The notes under the pieces: model-generated
What the model saw: only the letters and a program-made list of their open reading frames with translations
The model's database searches: none
Told to the model about the DNA's origin: nothing
Program-made: the position numbers and the translations under genes
Shown: positions 1-10,251 of the stretch, in pieces
Layout: the number at the start of each line of letters is the position of its first letter
Position numbering within the stretch: position 1 is the first letter of the stretch
NCBI GenBank assembly: GCA_041499395.1
Contig: JBGQKH010000001.1
Span: forward strand, 1-56,926
Direction: 5' to 3'
Length of the DNA: 56,926 bases
Source of the DNA: Candidatus Limnocylindria bacterium
GTDB taxonomy: Bacteria; Chloroflexota; Limnocylindria; QHBO01

Positions 1-740
1 AGCACGCGCTGGACGTCGGCTACGCGCGCAAGCTGGGTGTCAAGACGGAGGACCTCCTGCTGTCGCAGCCGGATCACGGCGAGCAGGCGCTGGAGATCAC
101 CGACATGCTGGTGCGCTCCAACGCGGTCGACGTCGTGGTGATCGACTCCGTCGCCGCGCTCGTGCCGCGCGCGGAGATCGAGGGTGAGATGGGGGACAGC
201 TTCGTCGGCCTCCAGGCCCGCCTCATGAGCCAGGCGCTGCGCAAGCTGACCGGCGCCATCAACCGCAGCAACACGGCGCTGATCTTCACGAACCAGCTGC
301 GCGAGAAGATCGGGGTCATGTTCGGCAACCCCGAGACGACTCCTGGGGGCCGTGCCCTGAAGTTCTACTGCTCGGTCCGGCTCGACATCCGCCGCATCGA
401 GACGCTCAAGAACGGGACCGATGCGATCGGCTCCCGGACCCGCGTGAAGGTGGTCAAGAACAAGGTCGCGAGCCCCTTCCGGCTCGCCGAATTCGACATC
501 ATGTACAACGAGGGGATCAGCAAGGAGGGCGGCCTCCTCGACGTGGGGATCGCCGCCGGCATCCTCTCCAAGACGGGGGCCTGGTTCAACTACGGCGAGA
601 CCCGCCTCGGCCAGGGACGGGAGAACTCGCGCGAGTTCCTCAAGGGCCACCCGGAGCTCGCCGATCGGATCGAGGCGGAGATCCGCGGCAAGGTCGCCTC
701 GATCGAGGTTGGGGTCGAGGGGATCCCCGAGGCCGAGTAG
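1..740 (+). CDS. recA: Recombinase RecA, C-terminal ~245 aa (5' end lies outside the window)
   Basis: Frame is open from nt 3: [64 protein letters not shown]. These are classic RecA core motifs. Stop TAG at 738-740. Confidence 0.95.
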   Translation, partial: HALDVGYARKLGVKTEDLLLSQPDHGEQALEITDMLVRSNAVDVVVIDSVAALVPRAEIEGEMGDSFVGLQARLMSQALRKLTGAINRSNTALIFTNQLREKIGVMFGNPETTPGGRALKFYCSVRLDIRRIETLKNGTDAIGSRTRVKVVKNKVASPFRLAEFDIMYNEGISKEGGLLDVGIAAGILSKTGAWFNYGETRLGQGRENSREFLKGHPELADRIEAEIRGKVASIEVGVEGIPEAE

Positions 741-758
741 GGGAGGGCTGGGCCGTCC

Positions 759-1313
759 ATGGCCGGGCGTCGTCGATCGCGGGGCGCTAACGCCGCCGAC
801 TGCCCACCACCCGATCCCGAGGCCGCCATGGGGATTGCAGCCCACTTCCTCGGCACGCGCCCACGCACCCGCCGCGAAGTGGAACTGCGCCTGCGCCGCG
901 GAGCCGCCACCGACGACGTGATCGCGGCCACGCTCGAGCGCCTCGAGGCGCTTGGACTGGTCGACGACGTGGCTTTCGCGCGCTGGTGGGCTGAGCAGCG
1001 CGACCGGCACGCCCCGCGGGGGCGTCGCATGGTCGAGGCCGAGCTTCGGCAGCACGGCGTCCCGCGGGAGGTGATGGAGTCGCTGCGCGGCGGCGAGCTC
1101 GCCGAGCCCGCGCCCGACGCGGAAGCCATCCCGACGAGCGAGCCGGAACGCGCCGCGGCGGCGCTGGCGCGCCACCTGAAGGGGCGGCCCTTGCCCGACG
1201 AGGCGCGGGCACTCCAGCGGCTGGGGGCGTACCTGATGCGGCGCGGCTTCGACCCCGAGACGGTGCGCGCCACGCTCCGCGCGGCCGAAAGGAACGAGGT
1301 CGACGATGCCTAG
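759..1313 (+). CDS. recX: Recombination regulator RecX
   Basis: RPRTRREVELRLRRGAATDDVIAATLERLEALGLVDDVAFARWW helical-repeat pattern. Lies 18 nt downstream of recA. Confidence 0.85.
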   Translation: MAGRRRSRGANAADCPPPDPEAAMGIAAHFLGTRPRTRREVELRLRRGAATDDVIAATLERLEALGLVDDVAFARWWAEQRDRHAPRGRRMVEAELRQHGVPREVMESLRGGELAEPAPDAEAIPTSEPERAAAALARHLKGRPLPDEARALQRLGAYLMRRGFDPETVRATLRAAERNEVDDA

Positions 1314-1331
1314 CGGGTATCCTCGGCGCCG

Positions 1332-2282
1332 ATGCGCTACGCCCTGATGACGGAGCCCCAGCAGGGGCTCAGCTACCACGATATCCTGGGCCTCGCGCAA
1401 GCGGCAGAGACCGCCGGCCTCGGGGCGTTCTTCCGCTCGGACCACTACGCCAGCTTCCCGGGAACATCGGGACAGCCGACCACGGATGCGTGGGCGACGC
1501 TCGCCGGCCTGGCGCGGGACACGAGGACGATCCGTATCGGCTCGCTCGTCTCGCCGGTCACCTTTCGGATCCCCGGCGCCTTCGCGAAGATGACGGCCAC
1601 CGTCGACGAGATGAGCGGCGGACGCCTCGAGGTTGGCATGGGGGCCGGCTGGAATGACGAGGACCACCATCGGCTCGGGATCCCGTACCCGCCGCTCAAG
1701 GAGCGGTACGACATGCTGGAGGAGGCGCTCGCCGTCGTCCACGGCCTCTGGACGGAGCCCGACGGCTGGGGATACGAGGGGCGGCACTGGCAGGTCCGGG
1801 ACGCCCTCTTCCGGCCACGGCCAACCTCTGCCGCACACCGCCATCCGAACCTGATCCTCGGCGGGGAGGGCGGTCCGCGCCTCGCTCGGCTGGTCGCCAC
1901 GTACGCGGACGAGTTCAACCGCACGTCGGCGGATCCCGCAGGTGCGAGGGAGGCCTATGACCGGATCCGGGCCGCCTGTGCGACTGCGGGGCGCGACCCG
2001 GACTCCGTCGTCCGCTCCGCGATGGTCGGGACGCTGGTCGGGGAGACGGAGACGGATTTCCGCGACCGCCTGCGCCAGCAGCTGGCGACGATCGGCGGCG
2101 AGACCAACGCCGACGCGTGGCTCGCCCAGCGTCGCGGCCGCTGGATCATGGGCACCCCCGACCAGGCCCGGGAGCGGATCGATGACTTCGCTGCGGCGGG
2201 AGTGCAGCGGATCATGTTCCAGGACTTCCTGCCGCACGACCTGGAGATGGTCGCGCTCCTGGGCCGGATCGCGGGGGGCTGA
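1332..2282 (+). CDS. Luciferase-like (LLM class) F420-dependent oxidoreductase
   Basis: MRYALMTEPQQGLSY..AGLGAFFRSDHY..GMGAGW N-terminal pattern typical of the LLM/F420 family. 316 aa. Confidence 0.78.
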   Translation: MRYALMTEPQQGLSYHDILGLAQAAETAGLGAFFRSDHYASFPGTSGQPTTDAWATLAGLARDTRTIRIGSLVSPVTFRIPGAFAKMTATVDEMSGGRLEVGMGAGWNDEDHHRLGIPYPPLKERYDMLEEALAVVHGLWTEPDGWGYEGRHWQVRDALFRPRPTSAAHRHPNLILGGEGGPRLARLVATYADEFNRTSADPAGAREAYDRIRAACATAGRDPDSVVRSAMVGTLVGETETDFRDRLRQQLATIGGETNADAWLAQRRGRWIMGTPDQARERIDDFAAAGVQRIMFQDFLPHDLEMVALLGRIAGG

Positions 2283-2284
2283 CG

Positions 2285-2313
2285 CCCCAACCGCCGCCCG
2301 CTGCCGGTTGGGG
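2285..2313 (+). terminator. Possible stem-loop terminator after the LLM gene (no U-tract)
   Basis: CCCCAACCG, 11 nt, CGGTTGGGG. The 9-bp stem starts 3 nt after the stop codon. Confidence 0.3.
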
Positions 2314-2440
2314 TACACTCCGCCCACGACAGTCCCGGATCGGCCGGGAGGCAGGGGCTGACGCCAACGAGACCATGAGACCGGCGCCGCGCAGGCGGCG
2401 CGAACATCGCCCATAGGGGCTCCAACAGCCGGAGGAGCCG

Positions 2441-3976
2441 ATGCCTGACAACACCCTCGCCGTGGCGGCATTCGCCGCGCTGATCGCCCTCGTCGGGATC
2501 GCGATCGGGTACATGGCGCGCCGTTTCCTCGCCGCCAGCAGCGTGAAGCACGCCGAAGGCTATGCCGAGCGGATCATGGCCGAGGCGCGCGCGAAGCAGA
2601 AGGAGATCGTGCTGGAGGGCAAGGACGACGCCCTCCAGGTGCAGCGCGCCGCCGAGGAGGAGGCGCGCGAGAAGCGGGCAGACCTGCAACGGCAGGAGCG
2701 GCTCCTGCTCGACCGCTCCGAGTCGCTCGACCGCAAGGTCGAGTCGATCGAGCGGCGAGAGGCGACCTTCGAGGAGCGCCAGCGCGAGGTCGAGGCCGAG
2801 AAGGCTCGCCTCGCCGAGTTGCAGGCCCAGCAGATCGTCGAGCTCGAGAAGGTGAGCGGGCTCACCGCCAGCGAGGCGCGCCAGGCACTGATCCAGCAGA
2901 TCGTCGACGAGGCAGAGGCCGAGGCCCACCAGCGCGTGCGCGAGATCGAGCGACGCGCGACCGAGGATGGCGAGGACAAGGCGCGGCGGGTCCTGACCAC
3001 CGTCATGCAGCGGATCGCCGCCGATCACACTTCCGAGGCGACCGTGACGGTCGTGCCGGTGCCGTCCGAGGAGATGAAGGGGCGGATCATCGGCCGCGAG
3101 GGGCGCAACATTCGAGCCCTCGAGCAGGCCACCGGGGTCGACCTGATCATCGACGACACCCCCGAGGCCGTGGTCCTCTCCGGCTTCGACCCGGTCCGCC
3201 GCGAGGTGGCGCGGATGGCCCTTACCAAGCTGATCAGCGACGGGCGCATCCACCCCGGGCGCATCGAGGAGACGGTCGCCAAGTGCCGGGCCGAGATCGA
3301 GGTGGTGATGCGCCAGGCCGGCGAGCAGGCGGCCTATGACGCCGGCGTGCCGGGTCTGCATCCCGAGCTGATCAAGCTGCTGGGACGGCTGAAGTACCGG
3401 ACCAGCTACGGGCAGAACGTGCTCAACCATTGCATCGAGACGGCACGCCTCAGCGGGCTGCTGGCGGCCGAGATCGGCGCGAACATCCCCGAGTCGAAGA
3501 AGGGGGGCCTGCTGCACGACATCGGCAAGGCGGTCGACCACGAGGTAGACGGCCCGCACGCCCTGATCGGCGGCGACATCGCCAAGCGCTACGGCATCAA
3601 CCCGGTCGTCTGCAATTGCATCGCCGCCCACCACCAGGAGGTCGAGCAGGAGTCGACCGAGGCGACCGTGGTGCAGATCGCGGACGCCATCAGCGCATCG
3701 CGGCCCGGAGCGCGCGGCGAGTCGCTGGACAACTACGTCAAGCGCCTCGACGACCTTCAGCAGATCGCGCTCGCGTTTCCGGGGGTGGAGCGCTGCTACG
3801 CGATCCAGGCCGGCCGCGAGATCCGGATCCTCGTCCGTCCGGAGGAGATGGACGACATGGCCAGCAGCCGCCTTGCGCGTGACGTGGTCAAGAAGATCGA
3901 GGAGCAGCTGCAGTACCCCGGCCAGATCAAGGTGACCGTGATCCGCGAGACGCGCGCGGTCGACTACGCCCGATGA
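2441..3976 (+). CDS. rny: Ribonuclease Y
   Basis: N-terminal TM helix, Glu/Arg coiled coil, KH (GRIIGREGRNIRALE) and HD (GLLHDIGKAVDHE) domains. GGAGGAG lies just upstream of the ATG. Confidence 0.95.
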   Translation: MPDNTLAVAAFAALIALVGIAIGYMARRFLAASSVKHAEGYAERIMAEARAKQKEIVLEGKDDALQVQRAAEEEAREKRADLQRQERLLLDRSESLDRKVESIERREATFEERQREVEAEKARLAELQAQQIVELEKVSGLTASEARQALIQQIVDEAEAEAHQRVREIERRATEDGEDKARRVLTTVMQRIAADHTSEATVTVVPVPSEEMKGRIIGREGRNIRALEQATGVDLIIDDTPEAVVLSGFDPVRREVARMALTKLISDGRIHPGRIEETVAKCRAEIEVVMRQAGEQAAYDAGVPGLHPELIKLLGRLKYRTSYGQNVLNHCIETARLSGLLAAEIGANIPESKKGGLLHDIGKAVDHEVDGPHALIGGDIAKRYGINPVVCNCIAAHHQEVEQESTEATVVQIADAISASRPGARGESLDNYVKRLDDLQQIALAFPGVERCYAIQAGREIRILVRPEEMDDMASSRLARDVVKKIEEQLQYPGQIKVTVIRETRAVDYAR

Positions 3977-4782
3977 CCGATCGCGCCGCGCGGCTGCGGT
4001 GCATGGTCATCGGCGACATCATCGGCAAGCCGGGGCGCGTGGCGGTGGTCGCCAACCTGCCCGATCTGCGCTCCGAGCTGGACATCGACCTCGTGATCGC
4101 CAACGGTGAGAACCTGGCCGCGGGGGCCGGGCTGACGCCGAGCCTCGCCGAGGAGCTGCTCGCCAACGGGGTCGACGTGATCACGAGCGGCAACCATATC
4201 TGGGACAAGCGCGAGATCTACGACTACCTCGACAGCGGCCGCCCAGTGCTCCGCCCGCTGAACTACCCCGATGACGCGCCCGGGCGCGGCTGGCTGCTGC
4301 ACACCCTCCCGGACGGAGATCGGGTTGCCGTCGTCAATGCCATGGGGCGAGTCTTCATGAACCAGCTCGACTCGCCGTTCCTCGCGATGGACGCCCTGCT
4401 CGACGGGGCCGCCGAGCCGCTGCCCCCCCTCTGCATCGTGGACTTCCATTGCGAGATCACCAGCGAGAAGAACGCGATGGGCTGGTACCTGGACGGGCGC
4501 GTCACCGCGGTGCTCGGCAGCCACACCCACGTCCCGACCGCCGATGCGCGGCTCCTCCCGAAGGGAACCGCCTACATAAGCGACGTGGGCATGACCGGCC
4601 CGCGCGACTCGGTCATCGGCTTCTCGCTCGAGACGGTGCTCCCGCGCTTCCTGACCCACCTGCCGACTCGCTTCGCGGTGGCCGACGGGCCCGTCAGCTT
4701 CAACGCCGCCGTGGTCGAGGCCGATCGGAGCACGGGACGGGCCCTCTCGATCGCCCAGGTCCAGCGCCTCTACGAGGTCTGA
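3973..4782 (+). CDS. ymdB: YmdB-family metallophosphoesterase (TIGR00282; 2',3'-cyclic-nucleotide phosphodiesterase)
   Basis: MVIGDIIGKPGR..ANGENLAAGAGLT..SGNHIWDK..GSHTHVPTAD. ATGA overlap with the rny stop. rny-ymdB pairing as in Bacillus. Confidence 0.9.
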   Translation: MTDRAARLRCMVIGDIIGKPGRVAVVANLPDLRSELDIDLVIANGENLAAGAGLTPSLAEELLANGVDVITSGNHIWDKREIYDYLDSGRPVLRPLNYPDDAPGRGWLLHTLPDGDRVAVVNAMGRVFMNQLDSPFLAMDALLDGAAEPLPPLCIVDFHCEITSEKNAMGWYLDGRVTAVLGSHTHVPTADARLLPKGTAYISDVGMTGPRDSVIGFSLETVLPRFLTHLPTRFAVADGPVSFNAAVVEADRSTGRALSIAQVQRLYEV

Positions 4783-4793
4783 CGGCCGGGCCG

Positions 4794-5753
4794 ATGGCAC
4801 CGTCCGCCGTGCACCGGGCCGCACCGTCCTCGCCGATCGGCGCGGTGCTTGGCCCGACCGGCTCCGGCAAGACTGACCTCTCGCTGGCGCTGGCCGGGCG
4901 CGTTTCCGTCGAGATCCTGGTCGCCGACTCGCGGCAGGTCTATCGCGGCATGGACATCGGCACCGCCAAGCCCGATGCGGCGGCCCGCGCCTCGGCCACC
5001 CACCACCTCGTCGACCTGGTCGACGTCGATGAGCCGTTCACCGTGGCCGACTGGGTCGCGGAGGCTCGTCGACTACTCCCCGAGATCGCGGCGCGCGGCC
5101 ACCTGCCCCTGCTGGTCGGGGGGAGCGGCCTCCAGGTTGATGCCCTTCTCGAGGGGTACGCATTCGATCTCCCGCCGCAGCCGGAGCGGCGGGCACAGCT
5201 CAGCGCCGAGCTGGCGGCAGCTGGGGTCGGGGCGTTGGCATCACGCCTGCACGAGCTCGACCCGGCCGCAGCCGGACGCATCGACCTGCGTAACCCGCGG
5301 CGCGTGACCCGCGCCCTCGAGCGCCTTGCCGCCGCCGGCGGGGGAGCGGCGCCGACGCCCGCTGCGCGACCCTGGCCCGGCCGCGTGGCCCGCATTGGCA
5401 TCAGCCGGCCGCGCGAGGTGCTCTACCGGCGCATCGACGAGCGGGCAGCGTGGCTCTTCGCGCACGGCCTCCCCGACGAGGTGCAGCGCCTCCTGGCTGC
5501 CGGCCATGATCCGCGCCGCGCGCCGCTCACCAGCCACGGCTACAGCGAGGCGGCGCACTACCTCGCGGGGGAGTGGTCCCTCGACGAGGCGGTGGCCATG
5601 ACCGCCCGGCGAACGCGGCAATACGCCAAGCGGCAGACGACCTGGTTCGGGCGCGACCGGCGGATCGTGTGGATTGCGGCGGGCGACCTGCCGGGAGACG
5701 ACCCGGGCCTCGTCGACGAGGCGGATCGGCTGCTGCGGGCGCTCCTCTCGTGA
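4794..5753 (+). CDS. miaA: tRNA dimethylallyltransferase
   Basis: GPTGSGKTDLSLALA, ADSRQVYRGMDIGTAKP. I moved the start to ATG 4794 because the upstream part of the 434-aa ORF overlaps ymdB and is Arg/Pro junk. Confidence 0.9.
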   Translation: MAPSAVHRAAPSSPIGAVLGPTGSGKTDLSLALAGRVSVEILVADSRQVYRGMDIGTAKPDAAARASATHHLVDLVDVDEPFTVADWVAEARRLLPEIAARGHLPLLVGGSGLQVDALLEGYAFDLPPQPERRAQLSAELAAAGVGALASRLHELDPAAAGRIDLRNPRRVTRALERLAAAGGGAAPTPAARPWPGRVARIGISRPREVLYRRIDERAAWLFAHGLPDEVQRLLAAGHDPRRAPLTSHGYSEAAHYLAGEWSLDEAVAMTARRTRQYAKRQTTWFGRDRRIVWIAAGDLPGDDPGLVDEADRLLRALLS

Positions 5754-5759
5754 GGGCAG

Positions 5760-7403
5760 CTAGGCGGCGGGCGAGGCGAGCCCGATCGACTGCTTCCAGG
5801 CCTCGATCTCGGAGTCGACCGACAGCGGCTCCACCTCGGCATGGCGCGGCACGAGCTCCACGAGGCGCGGCTCGGCACTCCAGTCGGGGAGCGGGCCGGG
5901 CCGACTGAAGAGATACCCCTGCGCGGCGGTCACGCCAAGCCCCAGCAGCTGCTCGACCTGCTCCTCGTGCTCGACCCCCTCGCCGATCACCAGCGCCCCC
6001 GTACGGGTCGCGAAGGCCACGATCGACTCGACCACCGCGCTCGAGGGCGCGCCCGGCGAGCTGCGCTGGACGAGTCCGAGGTCGACCTTGACGACGTCGA
6101 AGCGCAGGTCGCTCAGCAGCCGCAGCCCGGCGTTGCCGGCCCCCAGATCGTCCGCGGCAAGGCGCATCCCCGCCGCGCGGCAGGCGTCCAGCTTGTGACG
6201 CACCTGCTCGATATCGCTGATCGGCTGGTGCTCGGTCAACTCGATCACCAGCCGCTCCGGCGGGAAGCGGTGGCGAGCCACGATGCTGAGCATGGCGGCC
6301 ACGTTGAACTCGGGGGCCTCGATCGTGCGCGGCGAAAGGTTGACGCTCAGGAACATCTCCTTCGGCAACCGCGCCCCCGCGGCCACGATCGTCTCGACAC
6401 AGGCCATGTCGAGCTGCACCACGTGGCCAGACACCTCGGCCGCGGCAAAGAGGCCGGCGGGATCGGTGTACGGAGCCGGCGCCACCGGGCGGATCAGGCC
6501 CTCGTAGCCGAGCGTCGCCCCGGTGTTGAGGTCGACCACCGGCTGGAAGACGGGGCGCAGCAGGTTCCGTGCAATCACCTCCGCGATCGCCGCCGAGGCG
6601 CCGGCCGAGTCAGCGGCGACCCCCTCCCGCGGGTCGTGAATGATCACCTCGGTGCGTCCGGCGCGCTTGGCGGCATAGAGCGCGGCATCGGCCTGGGCAT
6701 ACAGGGTCGAGCGACTGTCGGCGAGATCGGGAAGCGAGGAGATGCCGGCGGAGAAGGAGAGTGGCTTGACCTTTGGGTCGCGGACCGTCGGCTGGAGCGC
6801 GGCGACCAGGAGCCGGCGCGCGACGATGTGGGCGCCGTCGGCATCGGTATGGGGGAGGAGCAGCGCGAATTCGTCGCCCCCGATGCGGAACGGACGATCC
6901 ACCTTGCGCAGCTGGTGTGCAACCAGCTTCCCGAAGGAGGCGAGGGTCTGGTCGCCCTGGGCATGGCCGGCGCTGTCGTTGACCTGCTTGAACTCGTCGA
7001 GGTCGATCAGCACGAGCGAGACCGGCACCCGGTACCTGACCGCGTGCTCGACCTGGCTGTCGAGCTCCTCCTGGAAGGCCCGATGGTTGCCGAGCCCGGT
7101 CAGCTGGTCGCGCAGCGCGTCGGCCACGGCGGCCTGGTAGCGCACCTGGAGATCGGCCCGGGAGCGGACGAGCGGGCGAATCAGGATGGCGGCCAGCGCC
7201 ACCCCGGCGAGGGCGACGCCAACCAGCACGCTGACGACGGCCCGCACGATGGGATCGGGCTGCAGGGCGACCATGAAGTTGTTGATGACGATCGTCACGC
7301 CGACGCTCGCGGCAAGCGGAATCAGCATCCGGGCGGCCAGGCTCGCCGGCGTCGGAGCGCCTCTCGTGACCCCGCCGTCGGGCGGGGCGTTGCCGTGGGT
7401 CAA
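5760..7403 (-). CDS. Membrane-anchored GGDEF-EAL protein (diguanylate cyclase/phosphodiesterase)
   Basis: Two N-terminal TM helices. GGDEF domain has RIGGDEFALLL and an RKVD I-site 5 residues upstream. The EAL domain has the variant motif YEGLIRP, plus DDLGAGNAG, VVKVD and EGVE. TTG start at 7403 is tentative; ATG 7328 is the alternative. Confidence 0.9.
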   Translation of the reverse strand: MTHGNAPPDGGVTRGAPTPASLAARMLIPLAASVGVTIVINNFMVALQPDPIVRAVVSVLVGVALAGVALAAILIRPLVRSRADLQVRYQAAVADALRDQLTGLGNHRAFQEELDSQVEHAVRYRVPVSLVLIDLDEFKQVNDSAGHAQGDQTLASFGKLVAHQLRKVDRPFRIGGDEFALLLPHTDADGAHIVARRLLVAALQPTVRDPKVKPLSFSAGISSLPDLADSRSTLYAQADAALYAAKRAGRTEVIIHDPREGVAADSAGASAAIAEVIARNLLRPVFQPVVDLNTGATLGYEGLIRPVAPAPYTDPAGLFAAAEVSGHVVQLDMACVETIVAAGARLPKEMFLSVNLSPRTIEAPEFNVAAMLSIVARHRFPPERLVIELTEHQPISDIEQVRHKLDACRAAGMRLAADDLGAGNAGLRLLSDLRFDVVKVDLGLVQRSSPGAPSSAVVESIVAFATRTGALVIGEGVEHEEQVEQLLGLGVTAAQGYLFSRPGPLPDWSAEPRLVELVPRHAEVEPLSVDSEIEAWKQSIGLASPAA

Positions 7404-7518
7404 GATAGGCAGAGGTATCGCAGAATTCCGTGCCGGATGCCCTAGTCAATAAGTACCTGCGCGCCTCGGCCGCCGGCTTCGGGTCGGTTGGGGGTTCGGG
7501 TACCATGACCGCACCCAC

Positions 7519-8832
7519 ATGCCCGATCGCCCCTCGTTCTTCGACCTCTCCACCCCCGAGGAGCGCGCCTTTCTGATCGGCCTGGATGATCCTGCCGATG
7601 GTCGCTGGCCGATCGAGCGCAGTCTCGCGGAGCTCGCTGCCCTGGCCGAGACGGCAGGCGCGGTGGTCGTCGGCAGCGCCTCGCAGCGGCGCCGGCATCC
7701 GGACCCGGCCACCTACTTCGGGAAGGGGCGCGCCGCCGAGCTGGCCGACGAACGGAGCGCGCTCGGCTTCAACCTCCTCGTGGTCGACGACGAGCTGGCG
7801 CCGAACCAGCAGCGCGCCCTCGAGAAGCTGCTCGATTGCAAGGTGCTCGATCGGTCGGCGCTGATCATCGACATCTTCGCCCGGCACGCCAGCACGCGCG
7901 AGGGACGCCTCCAGGTCGAGCTGGCGGCGCTGGAATACCACCTCCCGAGGCTGACCCGCCTCTGGACCCACCTCTCGCGCACGGGCGGTGGGATTGGCAC
8001 CCGGGGCCCGGGCGAGAGCCAGCTGGAGACCGACCGCCGACTCATCCGCGACCGGATCAAGCGGGTGCGCGGTGAGCTCGAAGAGGTGAAGCGGCAACGG
8101 GCCACCGCGGCCCGCCAGCGCGAGCGATCGGAGGTGGCCACCGTGGCCCTGGTCGGCTACACCAACGCCGGCAAGAGCACGCTCCTGAATCGGCTGGCGG
8201 AGGCTGACCTGTTCGTGGCCGACATGCTCTTCGCGACGCTCGACCCGACGAGTCGCCGGGTGACCCTCCCTTCCGGCCAGCGCATCGTGGTGACCGATAC
8301 GGTCGGGTTCATCAACAAGCTGCCCCACGACCTGGTCGACGCGTTCCGCGCCACGCTCGAGGAGGTCCTGCGCGCGGACCTCCTGATCGAGGTGGTGGAC
8401 GCTGCCGATCCCGACTTCGTGGGACAGCAGGAGGCGGTTCGCGCCGTCCTGGAGGAGCTCGGGGCGGCGGAGAAGCCACGGATCGTGGCCTTCAACAAGA
8501 TCGACCGCCTCGCTCCCGACCTGCGGGCCGCGGCGATGCCGGCAGGGGACCGCGCCGTGTTCGTGAGCGCAACGAGCGGGGAGGGGATCGACCTCCTGCT
8601 CGGCAGGGTGGCAGCCTTGCTCCGCGAGCAGATGGTGGCCGTCGACGCGGTGGTGCCCTGGTCTCGCGGGGAGCTGGTGGCCCGGGCCAAGGTCGCCGGC
8701 GACGTCTCCGAGCATTTCACCGACGCCGGGGTCCGGCTCTCGGGCCACCTGCCCGATGCGATCGCCGCGGAGGTCCAGCGCGCGGCGCCCCCGGGGCGTG
8801 CGGCCGCTGGCAGACGGAACGCGCGGCGCTGA
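7519..8832 (+). CDS. hflX: GTPase HflX
   Basis: HflX N-domain plus G motifs LVGYTNAGKSTLLN, DTVGFI, FNKID. Confidence 0.92.
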   Translation: MPDRPSFFDLSTPEERAFLIGLDDPADGRWPIERSLAELAALAETAGAVVVGSASQRRRHPDPATYFGKGRAAELADERSALGFNLLVVDDELAPNQQRALEKLLDCKVLDRSALIIDIFARHASTREGRLQVELAALEYHLPRLTRLWTHLSRTGGGIGTRGPGESQLETDRRLIRDRIKRVRGELEEVKRQRATAARQRERSEVATVALVGYTNAGKSTLLNRLAEADLFVADMLFATLDPTSRRVTLPSGQRIVVTDTVGFINKLPHDLVDAFRATLEEVLRADLLIEVVDAADPDFVGQQEAVRAVLEELGAAEKPRIVAFNKIDRLAPDLRAAAMPAGDRAVFVSATSGEGIDLLLGRVAALLREQMVAVDAVVPWSRGELVARAKVAGDVSEHFTDAGVRLSGHLPDAIAAEVQRAAPPGRAAAGRRNARR

Positions 8833-8845
8833 GCCGGCAAGGCCG

Positions 8846-9796
8846 ATGGTCGAGGTCAGCCCATCCACGATCGAGGCCGCCCGGTCCCGGATCCCGAGTG
8901 TCTTCCGGGACACGCCGCAGTTCGTTTCCGAGCCGCTGAGCGACGAGCTCGGCGTTCCCGTGGTGGTCAAGGTCGAGACGGCCAACCCGATCGGCTGTTT
9001 CAAGGGGCGGGGCACCTGGCTGGCGGTCGCGGAGCTGCTTGCCAGGGGTGCCGTGGGGGAGGGGAGGGGCCTCGTGGTCGCCTCGGCCGGCAACTTCGGC
9101 CAGGGGGTCGCCTACGCCGCCCGCGCGTTGGGCGTCCCGGTGGTGGTGTACGCCGCGCTCACCGCCAACCGCAACAAGGTGGCCGCCATGCGCCGTCTCG
9201 GCGCCGAGGTGCGTGAGGCGGGGGAGGACTTCGACGCAGCCCGCGAGGCGGCCGCCGCGTACGCGACTGAGAGCGGCGGGGAGCTGCTCGTCGACGGGGC
9301 CGATCCCTGGATCGCGATCGGCGCCGGCACGATGGCCTGCGAGCTCACCGATGCGGTCTCGGCGGGCGACCTGCCGGCCCTGCGCGCCATCTTCGTTCCG
9401 GTCGGGAATGCAGCGCTGGTCAACGGGATCGGCACCTGGATGCGTCAGGCGGCTCCTCTCGCAAGGGTGACCGGCGTCCAGGCGGCGGGCGCGCCCGCCA
9501 TGACCCTTTCCTGGCGGGCGGGCCGAGCAGTCGAGACCGAGCGGGCCGACACCATCGCCGACGGGATCGCGGCGCGCGTCCCGATCCCTGAGGCGCTCAG
9601 CCTGATGCTCGAGGTGGTCGACGAGATGCGACTCGTCGAGGATCCGGCGATCATCGCGGCCACCGAGCGCATGTCCGAGGCGCTGCCGCTAAGCATCGAG
9701 CCGTCTGCGGGCGCCGCCTGGGCGGCCGCGATCGAGCATCCACCAGCTGGTCCGATTGCGCTCATCCTCACCGGTGGAAACGTGGTGACCGGCTGA
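8846..9796 (+). CDS. PLP-dependent threonine/serine dehydratase-family enzyme
   Basis: KVETANPIGCFKGRG (PLP-lysine motif), ASAGNFGQGVAYAA. Start set at ATG 8846, after the hflX stop. Confidence 0.8.
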   Translation: MVEVSPSTIEAARSRIPSVFRDTPQFVSEPLSDELGVPVVVKVETANPIGCFKGRGTWLAVAELLARGAVGEGRGLVVASAGNFGQGVAYAARALGVPVVVYAALTANRNKVAAMRRLGAEVREAGEDFDAAREAAAAYATESGGELLVDGADPWIAIGAGTMACELTDAVSAGDLPALRAIFVPVGNAALVNGIGTWMRQAAPLARVTGVQAAGAPAMTLSWRAGRAVETERADTIADGIAARVPIPEALSLMLEVVDEMRLVEDPAIIAATERMSEALPLSIEPSAGAAWAAAIEHPPAGPIALILTGGNVVTG

Positions 9797-9882
9797 ATCG
9801 CCTGATCGGACGCTTCAGCCTCCTTACTACACTTCCGCAAAGAGATGTTATGTGACCTTACACCTGCAAGGGAGCCCCTGAG

Positions 9883-10212
9883 ATGCAGACGATCGGGATC
9901 ATCCTGAACATCGCGGCGGACCAGGTCGACGCGTTCGAGCGTGGGTTTCGTGAGATGGAGGCGCCGATCTGGGCCGATCTGCACGCGCGAGGCGTGCTGA
10001 CGATGGCGACCCTCTCGAAGCTCGACATCAGCACCAAGACGACTTCGGGAGCCGTTCAGTACCTTGTCGTGGCGATCTTCGGCTCGCGGGAAGGGCACCA
10101 CGAGCACGACAACGATCCCCGCTTCGAGGCGTGGAACCAGCGCGCTGACGCCTACCAGGTGGCGGAACCCTTCGTCTTCGGCGGCGATACGCTCGTGAAC
10201 GTCGGGCCGTAG
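9883..10212 (+). CDS. Hypothetical small protein (109 aa)
   Basis: Clean ORF with host-like codon usage. GGGAG lies 8 nt before the ATG. I recognise no family. Confidence 0.55.
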   Translation: MQTIGIILNIAADQVDAFERGFREMEAPIWADLHARGVLTMATLSKLDISTKTTSGAVQYLVVAIFGSREGHHEHDNDPRFEAWNQRADAYQVAEPFVFGGDTLVNVGP

Positions 10213-10251
10213 GCCCCGGCGCGAGCCTACGGGGTGCTCGCGGTTGCGGAC

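Noticed and set aside
1955-3634. 559-aa ORF antisense to rny
   Set aside because: Typical GC-rich shadow ORF. It has Arg/Ala/Gly/Leu/Asp-rich low-complexity translation with no recognisable motif. The opposite strand encodes an unmistakable RNase Y.
4449-4793. N-terminal extension of the miaA ORF (434-aa version). The same issue affects dxr (to 32993), rpsB (to 37454), rnhB (to 39478), acpP (to 50464), rbfA (to 26616), ylxR (to 28700) and nusA (to 29889).
   Set aside because: The extensions overlap the upstream gene in another frame or run into spacers. They translate to Arg/Pro/Gly-rich junk, and homology begins at the internal start, which has an SD or a 4-nt overlap.
6610-9093. 827-aa ORF on the minus strand spanning the hflX region
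   Set aside because: It lies antisense to hflX and out of frame over the GGDEF-EAL gene. Its Arg/Pro/Gly-rich translation has no domain signatures.
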